Source of the DNA: Chthoniobacterales bacterium
Lineage (GTDB): Bacteria; Verrucomicrobiota; Verrucomicrobiia; Chthoniobacterales; Chthoniobacteraceae
Reading direction: 5' to 3'
Assembly (NCBI GenBank): GCA_038318725.1
Contig: JBBQCM010000012.1
Location: 13,788-77,787, forward strand
Length of the DNA stretch: 64,000 nucleotides
Below the pieces are notes generated by a model. That model ran no database searches. It was not told where the DNA came from and was given only the letters and a program-made list of their open reading frames with translations. Made by a program: the position numbers and the translations under genes. The stretch's first letter is position 1; each line of letters opens with the position of its first letter. Shown in pieces: positions 28,658-37,406 of this stretch.

Positions 28658-30190
28658 TCAACACCGCCTGCGCCGCCCGGTCAGGAGCAGCGCCCCGCCG
28701 GCGCAGAGCACCGCCGACCCCGGCTCCGGGACGCCGACGGCGAAAAGCACAGACTTGTTGATCGCATACGTGGTTCCGTCCGGCCCGATGACCGTCGGCG
28801 TGTAGGCTTCAAACGCCCCCAGCGCTTGCAATTCGATGGACTCCGTGAAGGTGTTCGTCACCAAGTCCCAGCGGTAGAGCCGGCCGTCCTCGGAATTGAC
28901 CAGCACCGAATTGGTAAAAGGGTCCACCGCTGCCGTGTTGATGCACCATTCCCTCACGAAGGGCAGCGTCGGATCGGGCGTCACCCCATCAACCTTCAGC
29001 ACTTCTTTCATCACCGGCTGGCCGATCACGGGATCGATTTGCGTGTCGTTTGGATCGAGGATCGCGAGCTGATTGATTCCGGTTCCGCCCACCTGCTTGT
29101 AGTCGTTGTATTTTGAAAAAAGCAGGTAATCGGAAGCGCCGCTGTACGACGGCACCATCGACGCGGGCACGATCGACACCGTTTCATCCCAGCCGAAGGA
29201 GCCGGACGTAAAGGTTTGCGCCAGGTCCGCCGAGTAATGCCGCAGCTCGCCCCGAAAGTGGTAGCCCGGCAGCACGCCGAAATATACGTCGCCATCCGGC
29301 CCGATCGTCGGTGACGACGTGCCCGCGTCGGAGATCGTCCCATCGAGCGCGACATGATACTGCGGGGCCAGCGTGATGCTGTCGATCGCCGCCAGATAGT
29401 CCGTCGTCCCGTTCAACCCCACGTAGAGCTTCGAGCCATCGAGCGAAAGCGCCGGTGCGCAATTCGTGCCCAGCCGAAGCCCGCTCGCGCCGACCACGCC
29501 GGACGCCACATCGGCCGAGATGGATGTCGCCGTCCCGTCCGGCGCAATCCGCGCGATGCCGCTGGTCAGCCCGCCCGGCGCTCCCGCCGTCGCCTCGTAG
29601 CCAAAGTAGATATTGCCCGCGGCATCGGAGGTTAGCGGTGTGCTGATGAAGACGCTGCTGTCGTAGGCCGCCTTGTTGGCTGCGTAATCGCTCAGAAAAC
29701 TCATTTGGACCGGCGCGACCACGCCGGCGTTCGGATCGTCCACGCGATAGACGGTCCCGCCGATGCCTTGATAGTACAGCCGGCCCGACGGCACCAGCGT
29801 TGGCGAAAAGCTCGGCACCCAGCCGCCGGTCGCGTTCGCGTTCGCGTAGTCGGTCATCACGTCCCACAAAAGCGATCCGTCGCTCCCGCGCCGCGCATCC
29901 ACACAATAGACTCCGCCCGCGCCCCGCACCGGCACGACCACCGTATTCGCCAGCGTGATGACCGGCGACCCGTAGTGAATCAGGATCGGCTCCGCCGGCG
30001 GCTCCTCATCCACTGGCGCGGTCCAGCGGACGACATTCAGCGGCTGCGAAGCCACCGACGAAAGCCCCGTGTGTTGTGCATCGCCCGCGTGTCCGTTCCA
30101 TTGCGCCTCCATCGGCGTGGAAAGCAAGCCCGTGACGAGCGCGGCGAGGACGGCGAATGGACGGGAGGGCATTTGGAAATTCGCGCGCAT
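28658..30190 (-). CDS. Secreted beta-propeller protein with PEP-CTERM sorting signal
   Basis: It has an N-terminal signal peptide. The C-terminus VPEPGSAVLCAGGALLLTGRRRRC is a PEP motif plus a hydrophobic helix and Arg cluster, i.e. an exosortase substrate. Confidence 0.8.
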   Translation of the reverse strand: MRANFQMPSRPFAVLAALVTGLLSTPMEAQWNGHAGDAQHTGLSSVASQPLNVVRWTAPVDEEPPAEPILIHYGSPVITLANTVVVPVRGAGGVYCVDARRGSDGSLLWDVMTDYANANATGGWVPSFSPTLVPSGRLYYQGIGGTVYRVDDPNAGVVAPVQMSFLSDYAANKAAYDSSVFISTPLTSDAAGNIYFGYEATAGAPGGLTSGIARIAPDGTATSISADVASGVVGASGLRLGTNCAPALSLDGSKLYVGLNGTTDYLAAIDSITLAPQYHVALDGTISDAGTSSPTIGPDGDVYFGVLPGYHFRGELRHYSADLAQTFTSGSFGWDETVSIVPASMVPSYSGASDYLLFSKYNDYKQVGGTGINQLAILDPNDTQIDPVIGQPVMKEVLKVDGVTPDPTLPFVREWCINTAAVDPFTNSVLVNSEDGRLYRWDLVTNTFTESIELQALGAFEAYTPTVIGPDGTTYAINKSVLFAVGVPEPGSAVLCAGGALLLTGRRRRC

Positions 30191-30296
30191 CGCCCGAGTA
30201 AAGCCTCATCCCACCGCAAAGCGCACGGCAAAAACCGCGTCTCCGCGCGCGCTCTTCGCTCGCCGGTGCCGCGCCGCTGCGCTAGACCGTCCACTA

Positions 30297-31220
30297 ATGA
30301 AACACCTCCGCCAACTCCTCCTCGCGGATCGTTGGCAGGACTACCAATTGCTCGACACCGGCGACGGGCTCAAGCTCGAGCGCTGGGGCGATGCCATCCT
30401 CGTCCGGCCCGACCCGCAAATCCTCTGGCCGCTGCACGAAGCCGCCGCGTGGAGCGGGTGGGACGGCTTCTACCATCGCAGCGAAACCGGCGGCGGGCGC
30501 TGGGAATTCCGCCGTGCCTTACCCGATTCCTGGACCGTTCGTTACGGCGACCTTACCTTCAAAATCCGGCCCACGGACTTCAAACACACCGGCCTCTTCC
30601 CCGAGCAGGCGGCCAACTGGGACTGGTGCTCGCAAAAGATTCGGGCCGCGGGGCGGAAGGTCAGCGTGCTCAATCTTTTCGGCTACACCGGCGCGGCCAC
30701 CATCGCCTGCGCCGCCGCGGGCGCGAGCGTCTGCCATGTGGATGCGGCGAAAGGGATGGTTCAATGGTGTCGTGAGAACGCCGCCCTCTCCGGCCTCTCC
30801 GCCGCGCCCATCCGCTTCATCGCCGACGATTGCCTGAAGTTTGTCGCCCGCGAAGCCCGCCGCGGTCGGCGCTACGATGCCATCATCATGGACCCGCCGG
30901 CCTACGGGCGCGGCGCGGCCGGGGAGATGTGGAAGATCGAGGTGCATCTGTGGAAACTGCTCGCCGAGTGCCGCGCCCTGCTCAGCGAACAACCGCTTTT
31001 TTTCCTGATCAACGGCTACGCCTCCAGCCTCTCCCCGCTCGTCCTCGGCAATCTGCTGGACGAACTCTTCTCCGCTCGCGCTGGCACTATCCGCGTGGGC
31101 GAACTCGGCTTGCCGAGCCAGCGCCACGGAAAGATCTTGCCCTGCGGTATTTTCGGATGCTGGGACGCAGCGGAGGCCGCCCGCACCACAACCAGTGGGC
31201 GCAGCGGCAACGCCCAGTAA
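30297..31220 (+). CDS. Class I SAM-dependent methyltransferase (RlmI/YwbD-type catalytic domain)
   Basis: Start reset to MKHLRQLL (ATG 30297). It has VLNLFGYTGAATIACAAAGA (motif I) and YDAIIMDPPAYGRG (motif IV). Confidence 0.8.
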   Translation: MKHLRQLLLADRWQDYQLLDTGDGLKLERWGDAILVRPDPQILWPLHEAAAWSGWDGFYHRSETGGGRWEFRRALPDSWTVRYGDLTFKIRPTDFKHTGLFPEQAANWDWCSQKIRAAGRKVSVLNLFGYTGAATIACAAAGASVCHVDAAKGMVQWCRENAALSGLSAAPIRFIADDCLKFVAREARRGRRYDAIIMDPPAYGRGAAGEMWKIEVHLWKLLAECRALLSEQPLFFLINGYASSLSPLVLGNLLDELFSARAGTIRVGELGLPSQRHGKILPCGIFGCWDAAEAARTTTSGRSGNAQ

Positions 31221-31323
31221 CCCGGAGCCCTTCATAAATATTTGCGACTCTGGAGCGCCTCTGAGCGGGTACCGCGGGCGTTTTTGACAATCCCTGTCCG
31301 CCGGTCAAGCTAACCGCACTCAC

Positions 31324-33390
31324 ATGAGTAACATAATAATCGGGTTGGGACTGCTGGCAGCAGTCGTTCTCTTGGGGCTTTGGATCGTGGGTTTGCGTTA
31401 CATTCCGCATCAGCGCGTGGGCGTGATCGAAAAACTGTGGTCGGCGCGCGGGTCACTGTCCGAAGGCCGCATCGTCGCGCTCCATGGCGAAGCCGGTTTC
31501 CAGACCCAACTGCTCCGGGGCGGTCTGCAATTCTGTTTTTTCCCATGGCAGTATCGCATCCACGAGACGCGTCTCGTCACCGTCTCCGAAGGCCGCATCG
31601 GCTACGTCTATGCGCGCGACGGTGCGCCGCTGCCGCCCACACAGACGCTCGGCGCGGTCGTGGAAAGCAACACCTTCCAGGACGCCGCCGCTTTCATCCA
31701 AAACGGCGGCCAGCGCGGACGCCAGCGCGCCATCGTGCGCGAGGGCGTCTTCGCGATTAACCCGGCGCTCTTCGTCGTCATCACCGAGGACGGCGTCTAT
31801 GGCGGCCTCGGCAGCGACAAGCCCGAGGTCTATGCGCAGTGGCAGGAAGAAATCGCCGGCATGGACGGCTTTCGCCCCGTGCTCATCGGCGCGGGAAAAA
31901 TCACGCGCAACTTTCCGCCCGCGCTCCCCGAGAGCCACGTCGCGAGCGAACTGCTCCCGACCGACACCATCGGCGTCGTCTCCGTGCATGACGGGCCGAC
32001 GATTCCCTCCGGCGAAATCATCGCCCCCGAAATCGTCGCGCCTGATGGCGAAACCGATCACAACTACTTCCAGGACACCGAGCGTTTCCTCGCCCTCGGC
32101 GGCAAACGTGGACGCCAGCTCCAAGTGCTGACCGACGGCACGTTCTTCATCAACCGCTGGTTCGCGACCATCGAGGTCAAGCCGAAGACGCTGATCCCCA
32201 TTGGCTTTGTCGGCACCGTCGTCAGCTACTACGGCGCGCAGGGCATGGACACCACGGGCGCGGCGTTTCGCTACGGCGAGCAGGTCGATCCCGGCTCGCG
32301 CGGCGTGTGGCGGCAGGCGCTCGCGCCGGGCAAATACGCGCTCAATCCCTACGCGCTGAAAGTCGAACTCGTGCCGACGGTGAACTTCGTCCTGCGCTGG
32401 ATCACCGGCCAGATGGAGGCGCACCAGTACGACAAAGACCTCGCGAGCATCGAGATGATCACCGCCGACGGCTACGAGCCCCTGCTCCCGCTCTCGCTCG
32501 TGCTGCACATCGACTACCAAAAAGCGCCCAGCGTCGTGCAGCGATTCGGCGACGTGACGCGGCTGATCACGCAGACGCTTGATCCCATCCTCACCGCGTA
32601 CTTCCGCGACGTGGCGCAATGCTCCAACATGCTCGACCTCCTCACCCACCGTGAGGAAATCCAAAAACGCGCAACTGTTGAACTCGGCAAACGCTTCGCC
32701 GAATTCGACATCAACTGCGTCGCCGTCCTCATCGGACGTCCCGAGACAGGCCGCCTTCAGCCCGGCGGCGTCGATCCCATTGAGACGCTCTTCGACCAAC
32801 TCCGCGTCCGCCGCCTTGCCCAGGAGCAGCGCGAAACCTACGCGAAACAGCAGGAGGCTGCCGTGCATTTGAAAGAACTCATGCAGGCCCAGGCCGCCGC
32901 CGAAAAACAATCCGAGCTGACCCAATCGCGCATCGAGATCGACGTCGCCGCCAATCGCGGCGAAGCCCAACTCGCCGAAGCCCAGCGCCTCGCGAAACGC
33001 GACATCGTGCTCGCGGAGGGCCAGTCCCAATCGCAGCGCCTCTTCGGCGAAGGCGAAGCCGCGCGCATCTCGCAAACCGGTTTGGCGGAAGCCGCTGTCT
33101 TCCTGCAAAAAATCAAAGCCTATGGCGACGCGCGCCTCTTCTCGCTGAACCACCTCAGCGACCAGTTCAGCAAGAGCACCCAGCCGCTCGTGCCCGAGCG
33201 CGTCTTCATGACCGGCGGCAGGGACGGCGAAGGCCAGTCGCTCAACCTCATCAACACGCTCGTCGGCCTGCTCATTTCCGAAAAGGGCGGCATCCAAATC
33301 GCCGAGGGAAATTCCGACCAGTCCGAAGCTGGAAAAACCATCACCGACGCCAAAGTGAAAGCCGCGGAAGCCGCTAAGGTGAAGGGTTAA
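31324..33390 (+). CDS. Flotillin / SPFH (band-7) family membrane protein (YqiK/FloT-like)
   Basis: N-terminal TM segment (IIIGLGLLAAVVLLGLWIVGL) and an SPFH domain. The C-terminus is a long coiled-coil with EA-rich repeats (AQAAAEKQSELTQSRIEIDVAANRGEAQLAEAQRLAKRD). Confidence 0.85.
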   Translation: MSNIIIGLGLLAAVVLLGLWIVGLRYIPHQRVGVIEKLWSARGSLSEGRIVALHGEAGFQTQLLRGGLQFCFFPWQYRIHETRLVTVSEGRIGYVYARDGAPLPPTQTLGAVVESNTFQDAAAFIQNGGQRGRQRAIVREGVFAINPALFVVITEDGVYGGLGSDKPEVYAQWQEEIAGMDGFRPVLIGAGKITRNFPPALPESHVASELLPTDTIGVVSVHDGPTIPSGEIIAPEIVAPDGETDHNYFQDTERFLALGGKRGRQLQVLTDGTFFINRWFATIEVKPKTLIPIGFVGTVVSYYGAQGMDTTGAAFRYGEQVDPGSRGVWRQALAPGKYALNPYALKVELVPTVNFVLRWITGQMEAHQYDKDLASIEMITADGYEPLLPLSLVLHIDYQKAPSVVQRFGDVTRLITQTLDPILTAYFRDVAQCSNMLDLLTHREEIQKRATVELGKRFAEFDINCVAVLIGRPETGRLQPGGVDPIETLFDQLRVRRLAQEQRETYAKQQEAAVHLKELMQAQAAAEKQSELTQSRIEIDVAANRGEAQLAEAQRLAKRDIVLAEGQSQSQRLFGEGEAARISQTGLAEAAVFLQKIKAYGDARLFSLNHLSDQFSKSTQPLVPERVFMTGGRDGEGQSLNLINTLVGLLISEKGGIQIAEGNSDQSEAGKTITDAKVKAAEAAKVKG

Positions 33391-34132
33391 CTGGCATTCC
33401 AACCGCTGGAGGGGAAGTCGAGGGCTTCCCTTCCAGCGCAGGCTTGGGCTCCGCGAGCAGCGGCATGTCCACTACTCCAAAGCTCCGCACGTCCTCCGCG
33501 ACGAAGTGCCACCACTCATCGCGCAACGTCCAAAATCCCGCGTGGGACATGGCGCGCTGCAGCTTCAGCAGATTCGCGGCGATGACCGGATTGCCGCCGC
33601 GATAGATGCGCCGGGCGGCGGGCGTGAAGTCGTCGAAATCAGTCGGCATCTGTTGTTCGCGACCCTTCGCATCGACCAGCGTCGCATCCACGCCCACGCC
33701 GTAGGCATGCAGCGAACCGCCGCGCGCCGGCTCACCGACGTACTCGGGATTGCGGACCGCGTCCCACAACATCTGCTGCGCCCACGCCGGCCGGTAGGCG
33801 TCCCAGATTTTCAGCCCCAGCTTCTGCGCCTGCAGCTCTTCCTGCGCCTTCTTCAGCCGCAGCGCCACGCTTTGCCGCACGAGGCAGCGTGCCTGCGGCG
33901 GATAGATCGCCCGGCCAGTCACGTTCCGCTCCGTGGCGTAGCGCAGTTCGATGAGGATCGACGGGCAGACCTGCGACAGCTCGACCATCGGCTCATTCTT
34001 CCGACTTCCGGGCACGGGCGTGGCCGCTTTCGGCGTGGCGGTTTTTTCCTGCGCGCTGGCGAAAGGGGTGAGCGCCAGCCAGGCGAGGACTGCGCGCCGC
34101 GAACACTGCGTTTTCTCCGACGAAAATACCAT
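33374..34132 (-). CDS. ddpX: D-alanyl-D-alanine dipeptidase (VanX/DdpX, peptidase M15D)
   Basis: Start reset to MVFSSEKTQ... The core CPSILIELRYATERNVTGRAIY...LKIWDAYRPAWAQQ...SLHAYGVGVDATL follows the VanX family pattern. Its 3' end overlaps the flotillin gene by 17 bp (convergent). Confidence 0.8.
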   Translation of the reverse strand: MVFSSEKTQCSRRAVLAWLALTPFASAQEKTATPKAATPVPGSRKNEPMVELSQVCPSILIELRYATERNVTGRAIYPPQARCLVRQSVALRLKKAQEELQAQKLGLKIWDAYRPAWAQQMLWDAVRNPEYVGEPARGGSLHAYGVGVDATLVDAKGREQQMPTDFDDFTPAARRIYRGGNPVIAANLLKLQRAMSHAGFWTLRDEWWHFVAEDVRSFGVVDMPLLAEPKPALEGKPSTSPPAVGMPVNPSP

Positions 34133-34214
34133 GCAGGCGTGGAGGCTACGGACGTCCGGACCGCAGGGCAATTTCCTTGTCGCGCCACGCGGCGTTTCTA
34201 TCATCCGCGCCCGC

Positions 34215-35243
34215 ATGCACCGCCCAGATTCACCGTGGTTTTTGCGCGCGGCCAAAGGGCTGCTCAACGGTGCGTGCTTCCTCGCAGCACTCGCCGCGAC
34301 CGCCTTGTCCCTCGGCCGATGGCTGCCCTTTCCAGACGTGCCGGACATCGCTCCGAGGTTTCGTTACTTCGCGGAAAACAAGGATCGCATCGACACCGTC
34401 TTCGTCGGCTCCAGCCGCTTCCGCCACCAGGTCATTCCGCGCCTTTTTGACGAGCAGACCGCGGCCCTCGGTACGCCGACAAAGTCAGTCAATCTCGGCT
34501 ATTCCGGCATGTGGCCGCCGGAGAATTTCTACTTCCTGCGCCAGCTTCTCGCGCTCCGGCCCCCGCATCTCAAGTGGGTCTTCCTTTCGTTGATCGATGG
34601 CTCGACCCGGATGGACGAGCGCGACGCCGCGACGCTGCGCACCGTGTACTGGCACGACTGGCGGCACACTTGCATCGCCTGGCGCATGGTTTGGGCCTCC
34701 GCCTCTCTCGCACCCGCGGAGAAGCGCCGGTTGACGCTCCTCCACGCCCGGATTTTTTTACGGCAGTCGCTCCACCTCGGGGGGGGCGCGGCTTGGGTGG
34801 AAAAGCGCGTCAAACCGGCAAAAATCCGGCGTCCGCCAGCGTGGATCGAGCAACGCGGCTTTGACCCGGAGCCCGAACCCGGCACGCTCACCGGGCCGGT
34901 GCTCGCGGACTATCTCGAAAAGCTCGAAAAACTGCGGCAGTCTCGGCCTTCGGCTCATTTTCGTCCTGGACTGCTCGAGGAATTGCGGAAAATCCAAGCC
35001 GAGGTGCGCGCGGTCGGAGCCGAGGCCATTTTCGTCCTCCCACCGACCATCAATCCAAACGAAAACTTCACGGCGCCGCCCGCTGGATTGCCGGCTCTGC
35101 TCTTCAGCGATGTCCACACCTATGCCCGCCTCTATGAACCCGAACTCCACCACGACGCCGGGCATCTGAACACGCGCGGAGCCGAAGAACTCACCCGCCG
35201 GCTCGCCGAGCGCTTCGCGAGCTGGGAGCGCGCACGGCGCTAG
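34215..35243 (+). CDS. DltD/AlgJ-like SGNH-fold protein, paralog 1 (N-terminal membrane anchor)
   Basis: Start reset to MHRPDSPWF..., aligning with paralog 2. It has a TM helix, a GSSR block (FVGSSRFRHQVIP) and a C-terminal DxxH (HHDAGHLNTRG). Confidence 0.75.
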   Translation: MHRPDSPWFLRAAKGLLNGACFLAALAATALSLGRWLPFPDVPDIAPRFRYFAENKDRIDTVFVGSSRFRHQVIPRLFDEQTAALGTPTKSVNLGYSGMWPPENFYFLRQLLALRPPHLKWVFLSLIDGSTRMDERDAATLRTVYWHDWRHTCIAWRMVWASASLAPAEKRRLTLLHARIFLRQSLHLGGGAAWVEKRVKPAKIRRPPAWIEQRGFDPEPEPGTLTGPVLADYLEKLEKLRQSRPSAHFRPGLLEELRKIQAEVRAVGAEAIFVLPPTINPNENFTAPPAGLPALLFSDVHTYARLYEPELHHDAGHLNTRGAEELTRRLAERFASWERARR

Positions 35244-35301
35244 CGGCGTTCCGGCCAATTTCCTTGTTGCCCGACGACGCCTTTCTATCATCCGCGCCCG
35301 C

Positions 35302-36324
35302 ATGCACCACCCCAATTCCCGCTGGCCCAGGCAGCTCGTAAATGGGCTGTTCAACGGCGCGTGCTTCACCGCCGCCCTGGTCGCGAGCGCCTTTCTCATC
35401 GGCCAGCTCCTGCCCTTCCCGAAAGTCCCAGCCATCGCGCAGAAATATCAGTATCTCGCGGAAAACCGGGAGCAGATCGACACCCTCTTCACCGGCTCCA
35501 GCCGCGTCTTTCACCAGATCGACCCGCAGCAGTTCGATGCGGAAGCCGCCACGCTCGGCACCCCCACCCGCTCCGCAAATCTCGCCTACGACAGCATCTG
35601 GCCGCCTGAGAGCTTTTACTTTCTGCGCCGCCTGCTCGCGTTGCGACCGCCTCATCTGCGCTGGGTTTTCATCGAGCTCATGGAGATCAACGTGAATCTC
35701 GAGACGCGCAACGACCGGACCCTGCGCACGGCCTACTGGCACGACTGGCGGCACACCGTCCTTGCCTGGCGCGACATCCTCGCCTCCCCGCGGACCTCGG
35801 GCGAAAAGTGGCGGTCGGCCGTCGAGCACGCGGCTATTTTCATCCGCTGGAATGTGGGCCTCGGGCGCGGGGCGGAGTTGCTCCACCAGGGGCTGCTTCC
35901 GACGAAACCGGAGCGCCCGCCGCGCTGGGCTGAGCGCGCTGGATTCTCGCCCGAAACCCAAAAGCAATTTCCCGTCGCCGAACTGCCCGCTTACCTGGAG
36001 GGCGTCGCCGGCTTGCGCCGCGCGCTGCCGTCGAACCCCGTGAGCGCGCACTATTTCGAGGCGTTGCGGGCGCTCGTCGCGGAGGTGCGGCAGGCCGGAG
36101 CGGAGCCGGTTTTCCTGATCACGCCGTCGCTCTCCTGGCGGGAGAATTTCACCGGCCTGCCGGCGGATGTGCCGGTCTTTGCCTACAACGATCCCGCGAA
36201 ACATCCCTCGCTCTACGAGCCCGATCGGCACTACGACGTCTGGCACCTGAACGAAAAAGGAGCGGCGGAATTCACCAGCCTGCTCGCCCGGCAGTTTGCG
36301 GAGTGGCAGCGCCGCGCAAAATGA
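35302..36324 (+). CDS. DltD/AlgJ-like SGNH-fold protein, paralog 2
   Basis: ~60% identical to paralog 1, with the same GSSR and DVWHLNEKG blocks. Confidence 0.8.
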   Translation: MHHPNSRWPRQLVNGLFNGACFTAALVASAFLIGQLLPFPKVPAIAQKYQYLAENREQIDTLFTGSSRVFHQIDPQQFDAEAATLGTPTRSANLAYDSIWPPESFYFLRRLLALRPPHLRWVFIELMEINVNLETRNDRTLRTAYWHDWRHTVLAWRDILASPRTSGEKWRSAVEHAAIFIRWNVGLGRGAELLHQGLLPTKPERPPRWAERAGFSPETQKQFPVAELPAYLEGVAGLRRALPSNPVSAHYFEALRALVAEVRQAGAEPVFLITPSLSWRENFTGLPADVPVFAYNDPAKHPSLYEPDRHYDVWHLNEKGAAEFTSLLARQFAEWQRRAK

Positions 36325-37400
36325 AGGCCGCTTCGATTCTTCGCGGCTTTGGCTATGCGCTGCTCTTCGCGGCGGCGTTCGGCGGCACTTGCTGGTTGGC
36401 GGCGCGCTGGCTGCCTTTTCCCGACGTGCCCAACGTGGCAAAAAAACGCGCCCACCTCGCAGCGCATGGGGATGAATACGACGCCCTCTTCGTTGGTTCG
36501 AGCCGCGTGGAAATGCAGATCATCCCCGCGGCCTTTGACCAGCGGATGGCGGAACTCGGCTCCCCCATCCGCTCCTTTAACGCCGGCATCTCCGCGATGA
36601 CCCCGCCGGAAGACGCGTTCCTTTTTGACGAGATCGCCCGCGGTCCGCATCGCCGCTTGCGCTGGGTTTTCATTGAGCTGGATTCCCTCCGGCTCAAAGC
36701 CGATCGCGCACGCCGCGAAGGTGGACGGCTGACCTACTGGCACGACGCCGGGCGCATGCAGCTCCTGGGGCAGGCATTTCTCGTCGAATGGCGGCGAACC
36801 CAGGCCAAGCTGGCAAAGAAAAGCCACAGAAACCGGCCCTGGTCCGAACGGCTCGAAATCCGACTCATTCCGGTGGAAGATCTACTCGAACACCTCTCCG
36901 CCTTTTTCCAAAATCAAACCAACCTCGGCCGAGGTGCCGCTTTGGCGGCCAATCTATTCGAGGCCAGCAGCGCCAGTGCGACCGATTCATCCATCGCCCA
37001 CGCAGGCTGGGGGCGGTTTGTCGGCACCATGCCCGAAAAAGATCGAGAGGAATACGAGCGCACCTACGCCGCACGACTCACCACCCCGCAGAGCCCGCTG
37101 CAGCCGAACCCCGCGGGAACCGAAGCGCTCCGCCGCCTCGTGCAACGCGTGCGCGCCATCGGAGCCGCCCCGGTGCTGCTCGTTTCCCCGACCACCCGGC
37201 GCACGCAATTCATGCCGCCCGAAGACCTCGCACGCTCCTGCCTCATCCTCAATTTCTCCGACGTGCGCGCCTTCCCCGATCTGTTCCGGCTGGAGCATCG
37301 TCTCGATGTCGAGCATCTCAATGAGCACGGTGCGCCGTTTTACAGCCGCCTGCTCGCCGAACGCTTCTTTGCGGCCACGCGCCCGCCTTTGCCTCACTGA
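36321..37400 (+). CDS. DltD/AlgJ-like SGNH-fold protein, paralog 3
   Basis: Start reset to MKAASILRGF..., with an ATGA overlap with the paralog 2 stop. It is more diverged but keeps LFVGSSRVEMQIIP and LDVEHLNEHG. Confidence 0.75.
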   Translation: MKAASILRGFGYALLFAAAFGGTCWLAARWLPFPDVPNVAKKRAHLAAHGDEYDALFVGSSRVEMQIIPAAFDQRMAELGSPIRSFNAGISAMTPPEDAFLFDEIARGPHRRLRWVFIELDSLRLKADRARREGGRLTYWHDAGRMQLLGQAFLVEWRRTQAKLAKKSHRNRPWSERLEIRLIPVEDLLEHLSAFFQNQTNLGRGAALAANLFEASSASATDSSIAHAGWGRFVGTMPEKDREEYERTYAARLTTPQSPLQPNPAGTEALRRLVQRVRAIGAAPVLLVSPTTRRTQFMPPEDLARSCLILNFSDVRAFPDLFRLEHRLDVEHLNEHGAPFYSRLLAERFFAATRPPLPH

Positions 37401-37406
37401 CCGCCC

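Noticed and set aside
31453-33402. 649-aa minus-strand ORF opposite the flotillin gene
   Set aside because: It is antisense to the SPFH/flotillin gene, with no motif support.
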